Under the pieces are notes generated by a model. That model saw only the letters and a list, made by a program, of their open reading frames with translations, made no database searches and was not told where the DNA came from. The translations under genes were made by a program, and so were the position numbers. Positions 13,207 to 22,910 of a stretch of DNA of 35,859 bases are shown here, piece by piece. Each line of letters opens with the position of its first letter. The first letter of the stretch is position 1. This stretch comes from Catajapyx aquilonaris (lineage: Eukaryota). The stretch is taken from contig KZ538009.1 in assembly GCA_000934665.2 (NCBI GenBank), forward strand, positions 124,001 to 159,859, in the 5' to 3' direction.

Positions 13207-16200
13207 TTGCTTACATTTTGAAAATGTGCTGAACTAGTTAAAATGATCAGATAATACAATCTAGCTGAGATGACTCTTTTCCTTTTTTTTAATCCGGATC
13301 TTTTCCGAGTCCCTTGTTGACTTCACCACCGGATATGAAATACGGGTCCGGCGACTTGCAACTTATTGAAAATAACCCAGTTTGACGTGCCCACCATCAC
13401 CCTCCCTCCTCCTCCCTCCACCTTGATGAAATATGGCCGCATCCTTATTGCAGCTCAACAGTTATAAATTATGGTCCTCCTCTCATGGTCCGGAGGCAAA
13501 AGAATGGAGAGAAGAAGAGGAATTCCTACGCTCGGCTGACCCGCGATTTATAGCCAGAAGAGACCCCCGCCTCTCTTCCCCCGGATAATGTATTCAGTGG
13601 TTCTGCAGATGAAGTTGTTGCCGAAAATTCTTCCATGTGTAGCCTGCTAATGCTTACGTATCGGGGGGCGGTTTTGTGTGCACTTCGTCTTGGCCCCAGG
13701 CCAGATTGGACCAGCACCAATTTAGAGAGGATACCAGTACTATTCGGCCACATCGGACTATAGTATGTAGTTCCCGGTCAGCAGGTGCGGTCAACCCTAT
13801 AAATTTTTTTTAAAGAAATTATTTGTAAGACTAGCTTGTATACTATAAAAGGACATGGGGATAGAAAAGCGTAAGTTGCACCCAGCACCCGAGTGTAGAG
13901 AAGGGGGGGTTCTAAGGGAGGGAAACTTTTGTCATTTATCCGCCTGGGAAAAAGCGTGTTTTTATAGGCTGGCATCTGTTGCAGCCGCTAGTAAAACCGC
14001 AGGATGTAAGAAAAGAGGGACCCGAGTGTAACGTGGCAGCCGAGATTAATACCCTTTCCAAAAATATTACAGCCGAGGGAAAGAGAGAGATAGAGAGAGA
14101 AAAAAAGTATAGTAGCAGCTTTCTAGAGTTGAGTCCGGACTTGCAGCTTGATGCACATTTGCTCCAGAAAAAAAGTGTGGCAGCCATAATCTGGGCCCTG
14201 GCCCATCCTATATATACGGATATTGAGTTGAGTTCAGTGGGATACCGCATGTGCGTACTGTACATTCACAGAGACCTACAAGTAGCACATATGTAAGCTG
14301 CGGTTTGTCACCATGAAAAGCTGGTGAACACCACAAAGTGAGACTAGAATAAACACTTCATGCAGTGCAATCAATGTAAAATAGGCTCCGTCCTAAATGC
14401 CTTTGACTCTGTATTTGCCTTTGCAGATTATTATTAACATTATGTACAGAGAGGAGCAAGACTGAACCGGATGTACCCGATGAAAACTTGCAACTTTGCC
14501 AGTTTTTTTTTCGATAACTAATCAGAGGCTAATCATGAATAGTCATGGCAGACAACCTATTGAAGTTCACTCTTCAAAGCCGGCCTACCGTGGGCCTGTA
14601 ATCCTAAATGTATCACGGGTATCGTAATTGCAAAACACGAGGCAATAATTTAACAACAAGCTGTTTTTTTTTCTCAATGCCCGTCACTGATCTATTAAAA
14701 ACATAACAGGCCTATAATATATCTGGCATAAACAAGCCCTACATTGTATAGTAAGTTACTAATTTGCTTTTGCAAGGACAGTTTAACTTGTACAGTACAA
14801 AGTGATAGAGATTTTTTTAAAATACGAACAGCAAACTGAGTTTTTACTAAATCTGTGCCGATCAGTGTTAGCTACTTTCCTTCACATAATAACCACGCCA
14901 AGAGATGACTCCTTGAGTAAATAAATACTATTGTGGTTCGTTATTCTGGCAAATATGTAACCCAGCAATAGCCTTTTTTTTCGTAATGACTGAATGTACA
15001 ATAACTATTCAAAACCAATGTTAACCGAGTTCAATGTGCACATGGTCCACCGTGATTTCCATTCAAACCTTGTAAAGAACTCGTACTCATTTTTGGGCAC
15101 CAGAGACCCTTGCAAACTAGGCTTTCTCCTCAATTCTTCCACAAAAACGACAGAGAGTAGTGAATGGGGGTTTAGGGGGGGGGGAAAAACGTCCCTTCTG
15201 ACAGGTCTATTACCGGCTATGCAAATTTTTTCGCCTGCCCCACATCTGAATATTGTGAAAGGAAATCAACCTGATTTCCACATCTTCGTAATTACTCCCC
15301 CCACCACGCACTCTGGAAATTAAATCCATTCGTCCTTTCCTTTCTTTCTCACAATTTTTTTTTTTCCCCGTCTCTCTAAACTCTCGTTTTTGGCACCGCT
15401 CCTCTTTTATCTGGTAATGGTGTGGCCGCATGACCAATCTGCCCGTAAAGCTGTGGCCCAGACCTAGCCCATACATTTCTACATCCTGTGGACATTTCCC
15501 CCCCTTCAAAAAAAAAAAAAAAAAACGAAAAAAGAAAAAAAAGTACGTCCAGTTTTAAATGCAAGTGCCCGGAAAATTCTGGTCGAAAGACAGGAGCAAT
15601 ACATGCTCAATGATATATAATTGGAGCGCATACACAAGAAATTAAAACCGGTCTGAATATTTAAAACGCGGTGAGCGTGTGCAAATCGTGTTTTTTTTTT
15701 TTTTTGCAGCAGTCGATATATATGTATAGGGGAGCAATAGATGTCCGGTAGCGTATGAAATTCCTCGACGTGATGTATTTCCAGCTGGAGGTTCCAGAAT
15801 TAAATGGAAACGTTAGTTCAAACGGTCCTCCCACAACAAAATTACGCCTCTGGCCAAAAATAATGCGCAAAACTAGCCTCACTAATTGTAGATTGAAGCC
15901 CCCCCGTGCATCGGATGTGATCATCGCGTTTTAAAACAGTGTTTGTCCCCCCTCTGTTTCACCCGCGTGCAGTGACCTGTGTCACACCCACCACAAAATA
16001 ACGGCAGTTCGGTATATAATTTGAACTAATATATCAAATGCCCACAGAGCTGCGAGGTCATCCCCAAAAAGGGTCNCCCCCCCCCCCCTTTAAACTGAAT
16101 TTCCATTGTTGCGCAAAAATAATAAATACTACCCTTCACAATTTTGGACGTGCCCTGGTGCCGCAAAATTTGGCCCTGCCTACATTTTGCAATTGTTTGT

Positions 16201-17106
16201 GCCCGCGAGGTAACCCCCCACGAAACTCTAAATTTATCTCTTCCGTTGCATTTCCTAACAAGGTGGCTAACGACCAATAAATGTCGAGGAGTCTTCATCA
16301 AGTGCGATGTTCAGATTGGAAAACCTCCCCGCGCTTGGAGAAGGGTTTGAAAATATATTGGCGCAATCCAGCAGGATGAAAAGTCGATCCCTACTATTGC
16401 ATGCGAATGCTGGATACATCAGGATGTGGTTAGTGTTGGGTGCTTTTATAGTTCAAGAATCATGCCAGGTGTTCATGAACCCTATTTAAACTCCGGAGTC
16501 TCACATCCGCCATTGTCTTGTAGCCGGATTTAACAAGGACAATGTGTATACAAATGTGTAGGAAAACCAACATGGCAGTGATAGAAACCAGATAACATCG
16601 AGAAAACCCTCGCTAGCACGGAGAGAACTGGATATATGAAAAGGCATTCAACTTACGCTTAAGGGATGAGTTTCAAGTCCGCTTGACTTCAAACAACGCC
16701 CACCAGATGCCACACCTCACTACAAACTCCAATCCAACTGCCCATCTTGGACAACAAACGGTTTATTTTTTTAACACGCTGCCAACAATTGGAAGGTTAA
16801 AAAAAAAATAACCACACGTAAATTTGCAGAGAGTCGACGGTTCGTCACATATATCCCATTTCAAGCACTCGAGTAGGATTGGGAGGTCACCTCCACAGGG
16901 TCACAATCCGACTCATATGTGTGGTTGACCCGAGGTCACCAAAGGGGGGTGTCGGGACAAGTTCCGGAGGGGGTCAGTCAACAAACAAAGCAGAAGGGGG
17001 GACAAGACCGAGCCGCACTTCGCGTTTCCCGCCCCTACAATGCCGCCCAAAGAACCTGCCCCTCTCAATCTCAAAACCCACGCAGGCGCCCCTTCGACCC
17101 TTCATT

Positions 17107-17135
17107 AGATCCGGACCGGATCCGGATCCGGATCG
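17107..17135. repeat. (GATCCG)n-like short palindromic tandem repeat
   Basis: Sequence gatccggaccggatccggatccggatcgg. Confidence 0.8.
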
Positions 17136-17557
17136 GTGCTGGCATCTACCGCGGGTCCACACCACCCAGGGTAAGATCGATGCACTTGGCGAAATCTGGC
17201 GGAGGATTGGCCAAATCGGTGAGACTGGCTCATCCTGGCTCAGAAGAGCAACCCATCAATCCCTTACGATGTGTGGGTTGCCTGGGTACAAGGATATAGA
17301 TTCATACATTTTGCATGCATTTTTTTAAATAGTTAGAACTACAATAACTGAATTTCTAATAAGATTGCAAAACTTAAATGAAAAATAATGTGCGCATCAA
17401 TATTTTTTTTTAAAATTAAGCAAGGCGCCTCGCAGAAAATCATACCTAGGAAAATGCTGGGGACTGATGCTCATCAAATTAAATGGATGACAATCATCAG
17501 CTCATTATTTTTGTGATGTTGCCTACAAAGTTATTGGATGGAATATTTCACATAATT

Positions 17558-17607
17558 TCTTATCAAATCAATGGCCTCATGACAGAGAAACAATGGCTTC
17601 CTTATCC
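17558..17607 (+). promoter_or_regulatory. Conserved upstream block of lectin 1 (GATA- and SOX-like motifs)
   Basis: ttcttatcaaatcaatggcctcatgacagagaaacaatggcttccttatc aligns with 19635-19684 upstream of lectin 2. It contains CTTATC (GATA) and AACAATG (SOX-type). Confidence 0.5.
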
Positions 17608-17680
17608 ATACTATTGCCAATGGAACACTACATAGAGAGTGCACATGCAACTGTGACGATTTGTATAGAATAGCAGCAGC

Positions 17681-18636
17681 ATGAGGGCCTTAGCCATGGT
17701 TTTTGTGTTCACGCTTCATGCATCACTTGAACAACAACAGCCTGAAGGTACGGTATGTTTAATAATTATTGAAATTTCATTCAATTGATTTTCTTCTGCA
17801 ATGTTTTTCTCCACCAATTTGTAAAAAAAAAAAAACAGTGTGCACGGCCCCTTATGAGAACTTATCGACTGGGTGCTATTTCTTCCACCGGGAGGTAATG
17901 AACTGGTTTCAGGCTAGCGAATACTGCAGAGATATTGGTGGACGTATCGTCATGATCGACAACGAAGAAGAAAACACGGCCATCACTAAATTTTTAGAAG
18001 AACGTAAGTTTGGGTTGAATAGTAACCTTCATGAAAAAATATTCCAGAGTGGTAGGTGCTAGAACTGTGGAAAAAAAATCCCCAAACCCAAGGAAACTGC
18101 AACTGAACTTAACAACACAGAATAAGCCAAAGGATTTTAGTAACAATACTTTGAAAGTTGAGGGAGCAGGGAGAGGGCAGATGTCTGCATGGAATCTCAA
18201 CCGATATGTACTACATGGCTTTTAAAAAAAAGAGATGATTTTGCATTTGGGTCAAATGCAAAAGCATCTCTTATCTTTTTGAGCGATATAGTACCTGAGC
18301 TAATTTAATCTCCTTGCATCCAGTGTTCCCAAATCTTGCAACTCTTCTCATACTCACTTGGTATTTTCAGAAAGAGTCCAAGTTATGTTCCTTGGAGGCT
18401 CCAGCACAGGGCACAAGGGACAGTGGTATTGGGAAGCCACAATGAAACCAGTGACTTTTTTCAAATGGGCTTGGGGTCATCCAATTGTCAACGATGCACG
18501 TGACTGCATGTGTTTAGCATATGCAATTCTTGTGTACCGGTGGATGACTTGTCCCTGCCTAAACGACTTCCCATTTGTGTGTGAATCATGTTCAAAAGTC
18601 GACCCAAAGACCTTGTTAAATAAACGGTTTTTCTAA
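17681..18636 (+). CDS. Secreted single-domain C-type lectin (lectin 1), 3 coding exons, ~165 aa
   Basis: Exons 17681-17747, 17839-18003 and 18371-18636 join in frame over phase-1 GT-AG introns. Hydrophobic leader MRALAMVFVFTLHA. CTLD hallmarks: C-x10-CYFF, MNWFQASEYC, EEN, FLGG, WYW, W..CPC...PFVCE. AATAAA at 18699-18704. Confidence 0.9.
18230..18272. repeat. Tight 20-bp-stem hairpin in lectin 1 intron 2
   Basis: aagagatgattttgcatttg-ggt-caaatgcaaaagcatctctt: 19 of 20 positions pair, with a 3-nt loop. Confidence 0.85.
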
Positions 18637-19232
18637 TGCAATCACATCAAGCAACTTGTCAGTGTTCAGCCAACAAATTACAATACAAATTGGTATTCAA
18701 TAAAAAATTATGCCTGTATTCCTACACCTCCATGAATGCCTAATTGCGATGAAACCTCTCGACACAGATATCTTGGGTTTTGGAGGGGGAAACATAACAC
18801 ACTTTCAAAAAGTCAAAATTACCTAAATGACATTTAATTCTCATGATGGTCAAAATTACCCTCACATCAGGTAGCAGTACAAAGGAAAAAGTTTTGAAAT
18901 TCACACTGTAATAGAACTGCAAATTTGTACAATGAAAATATTGACACTTAATATTGTTGGTCACATCTCCTTCAGGATAACGTCACAGAAGTCAGAAAGG
19001 GTGGCCTTGAAATACACCACACACTGGACACACAATTCCTCTTTCAGCCCTGGTTGTACAAACTCAAATTAAGGTAAAATCACCGACAATGTACAAGTAA
19101 TCACAATACTAAGTACATGATCATGAATTGTCTCCTACATTGAGTTGGTACAATAGGCATTTCATTAGATTCCTGCATGTGGTCTGTCTTAAAACAACCC
19201 CTTTGTAAAAATCTGGGCAGCCGACCCCATCC

Positions 19233-22198
19233 TCAGAACTTCAGGTCATAAATGTTGAGTGACTTGTCTTCAGACACAGATATGACTTTGTCTGCAGTTG
19301 GTCCATATCTGGCACACCAAACCTGGAAAATAATATTAGTTAAAATAAAACATTATTACATAAGCATGGCTGCAATGTTAACCGCCATACCTGATCAACA
19401 TGCTCATTAAAAGTGTGTATGCACTGCCGCTCCTTCAGTTCCCACAGTTTTACCGTGTGGTCAGAACTGCTTGAAACAAAATGCTGCTCATCAGGTGAAA
19501 AGGCAACACTCAGCACCCAAGATGCATGTCCAGACAGAGTTCCAACAACATTTGCATGTTGCCTGAAAATGTATGGTACAAATTATTTCAAATCCATGGT
19601 GCAGTCATGTGCGGCTTTTCAGCCTTCTGACAGCTTCTTATCACTTCAATGGCTTCATTAGAGAAAACAATGATTTCCATATCAACACCGCTGCCGTCAG
19701 AATGTCAGGGCAGCTCTGCAGCAAGTGTACAACAGTTTAAACATGTATTACGTCTGCTAGTAGAAAGTTGATATTTATACAGAATAGCAGCAGTATGAGT
19801 GCCATAGCTGCGGCTTTCCTGCTCATTGCCCATGCCGCAGCGGGAGAAGGTAAGACTAAAGTATTCAATGATCTCGGCAGTGAGTGTGGCAAACACTTCC
19901 TTTGGTTAACAGCCATTTTTAAATGCTGCATATAGATTCACAGGAAATCTGCAATTCTCCTTATGAGGCATTATCAGCTGGATGCTATTATTTCCATCAG
20001 CAAGATATGAATTGGATTCAAGCAACTGAATACTGCAAAAGTATTGCTGGACATCTAATCATTATCAAAAGTGCTGAAGAAAACACTGCAATAGCTGAAT
20101 TGTTCAAAGGAGGTAGGTCTAGATTTAATTACAACCTTCCTAAATGTATTATACAACAAAGTAAAAAAGTTTCAATTGATCAGAACTATTTTGCATAGAA
20201 TTGTAATGCTCACCAAATTACAGCTAATTCAGTACGTGCCATTTTTAATGTTTTTTAAAGGATAGATCATGATTGAAATTCTGGATGTGAAATTGGCGAA
20301 TTTGCAATTTATCATCGTTCAAATGGCCACACAAGAAAATTGTACAGTGCATGGCTTTTTATTTTCATTTGTACTGCTCTAGTAAATTATGCCGATTTTT
20401 TTGTCATAAATTATTCACTCAGGTCGTGTTGAACTCCCTCCAAGAAAATTCCTGTCCGAGAGAGTGATACAATTACGTACTTAAACTCTCATTTAATTAA
20501 ATCATTGCGTGGCTTATCACATTCACCCACTGTAATTTTGAAGGGCTGTAAGTAAAATTTCTGAACTCTTTTCCTATAACGTAGGCATCCCTTTTCACTC
20601 AAACATCTATTTTCAGAACCAGCTCCTCTCACATTCACTGGTGGGTACAGCACAGGACACAAAGGAGAGTGGTACTGGGAAGCCTCAAGAAAGCCAATCA
20701 AATACAACCACTGGGGTTGGGGTCAGCCGAATAATGCAAACGGATATGACTGTGCTTGTTTAGACACAACACAAAACTGGAAAACTTGCCCTTGTCTCCA
20801 ATCTTACCCTTTTGTATGCGAGTCATTTAAGTAAATCTGACAAACCGCAATACCAATTAGCGACTACTGGAGTATCATTTAAATCTTGATTTCAAGCATT
20901 TTCCTCCACAACCTTCGAGTTAACACTGGCTGCGATTCAACCTTCAAAACTTACAAATTCGCAGGTAGCAACTTCAACTAAATGACTTTTTTTTTGCTTC
21001 AAACAAGTCCAAAAAAATTGTTCGATTGCAGATGACTTTTGCCCAAATTAATGTAAAAAAGTGACATTTTTTATATGCAATGCAAAATAAGCAAACAACA
21101 TCATGCTGCATATCTGCAATAGAAAATGTATGAATGGTACTGGTATCAAACACTCACACGTCATAAAGCTTCAGGTGCCCATCGTCTGAAGCCGTTAGCA
21201 GGAGTTGCGAATCAGGTGAGAAGCTGAGAGACCGAATTGGCATGGCATGACCTACAAATAACAAACACGATTAAAAACGACGTCCAAATGTCCATTATGT
21301 CCACTCACCTTCCAAGGTGTGAACCAGTTTCCCGCTTGCCACGTCAAATATGTTGATGATTCCATCAATTGCACCGCCAGCAATGTATTTTCCGTCTGGG
21401 CTCTACAAACGTAATATGATCATTACTTTCTTTGATGCCAACAGCAGCAATACCGCTCCTTACATAAGCAATGCTGAATGTGAATTTCCCCCTAGTGTCC
21501 AAGGACTGCTCCTGCTTTCCCGAGTCCACACCATACATGTAAATCTTCCCCGAGTGACTCCCAGATATGATGAACTTGGAATCGGGGCTGAACGTCACCG
21601 TCCAGGCGTCAACCGGACCAGACTCAATCATCTTCAGCTTCTCCCCGTTCAGAAGATTCCAGATGCACACGCTGGAGTCCAGAGAACTTGACGCTGCCAC
21701 TGTAAAATTCCACGCAATTAATCATGAACGATTCTGCTTCAAATATGTGAGCGTACATGTGGAATCATGATTGACCGCAACGGAGACGACTCCAAGGGAA
21801 TGTCCAGTCAGCTTGTACTTCAAGTCCAACCGGCCGTCGTCCCACTTCCACACTTTGACCAGATCGTCTATGGAGCCCGTTATGATAAAGTCCGTTACGC
21901 CGCTCATCGGGGAGCCATCCCTGCATTAGAACCACGTACATTGCAAGTGACATACCCCCTTCATTATGCGATAATTAAAGGTGTACCTCGACCCTTCATC
22001 CGACTCCTCGTTGGCCTCCTTGTCCTCCTTCTCCGCCTGGTGCCTACCCCAAGCGCAGCTCCAAATGTTATCATCATGCGCATTGTCCTTCTTGTACGCC
22101 AAAGAAAACTGGAACAAACATGTAAGTGACACTTGGTGTTCAGACAAAAAATGCTGTACGCTTCAGCCTATGTAATTTGTAGCCCCGGGTCTTACCAT
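19233..22198 (-). CDS. WDR61: WD repeat-containing protein 61 / SKI8 (SKI complex and PAF1 complex subunit), 8 coding exons, ~324 aa
   Basis: Exons 22198-22196 (ATG only), 22108-21987, 21920-21757, 21699-21464, 21402-21309, 21251-21158, 19562-19391 and 19322-19233 splice in frame (975 bp) with GT-AG sites. Diagnostic peptides: [91 protein letters not shown]. Confidence 0.97.
19795..20834 (+). CDS. Secreted single-domain C-type lectin (lectin 2), 3 coding exons, ~149 aa, nested antisense in WDR61 intron 6
   Basis: Exons 19795-19849 ([18 protein letters not shown]), 19936-20112 ([29 protein letters not shown]) and 20617-20834 ([44 protein letters not shown]). Intron phases match lectin 1. Exons 1 and 3 are absent from the ORF track. 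Confidence 0.9.
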
Positions 22199-22740
22199 GG
22201 TGCTGGCCCCGGGGTTCTAAAACCTTCAGAGCTGTTCAGAAGGAGAAAAAAAGTAGCGGGCGTCCAAAACACGCCGTCACACACACACAAAAATGGCTGA
22301 CCAATTTGGCAGCACTTTTAGTTTGCAAAAAAAAAAACCACATTAATTTCCACGCCCAATTTGGCGATAATTCACGTTTTTAATTAAAAAGTGTTCGACT
22401 AATTATTCAACAAGCAGAGATTGTATAATCAACCCACTTTTTAGTATATAGACGTGTGATCCGCCATTTGAAAAGTGGGCGGCCATCTTTGATCAAGTCA
22501 GATTTTTCTTTTGTGTGTGCAAAATGTTATATTTTTCAGCTTTATATGTCATTTTTTAATAAAATTCAATTACGGGCATGACCTGATCAATCGCACTTGA
22601 AGGTCACCTGTTCCTTCAAGAAGCACAGTTTGGCAACGCTCAGTTGGCAGTGCACTGAATTATGCGATAACCCCACCCACACACAGAGTGTATTATCCTC
22701 TCTTATTTTTTATTTTTTTCCTCTCTCATTATTTCTTCAG
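22199..22740. promoter_or_regulatory. Bidirectional promoter region between WDR61 and the ankyrin gene, with YY1-like motifs
   Basis: The divergent start codons are about 0.7 kb apart. AAAATGGC at ~22290, CCGCCATTT at ~22461 and CGGCCATCTT at ~22480 resemble YY1/Pho sites. Confidence 0.55.
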
Positions 22741-22910
22741 CCAGTTTGGCAACAAACACTTCCCGAGAGGTCAAAGTCCAGGTAAGAGTGTTGGAAAAAT
22801 TGCAGCCTTGAAGTGGGGAATTGAGAAAGTGATGGCCTTGTATGTAGATACATGATGTCAAAAAAGTTAATATGGAGAAGTTGTGTGATATGTTGTCTTT
22901 GTGGCAGGAG

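Noticed and set aside
3..17330. Many 60-150 aa ORFs in the first 17 kb
   Set aside because: No recognisable domains, frequent low-complexity or homopolymer-derived sequence, and no consistent exon chain could be built.
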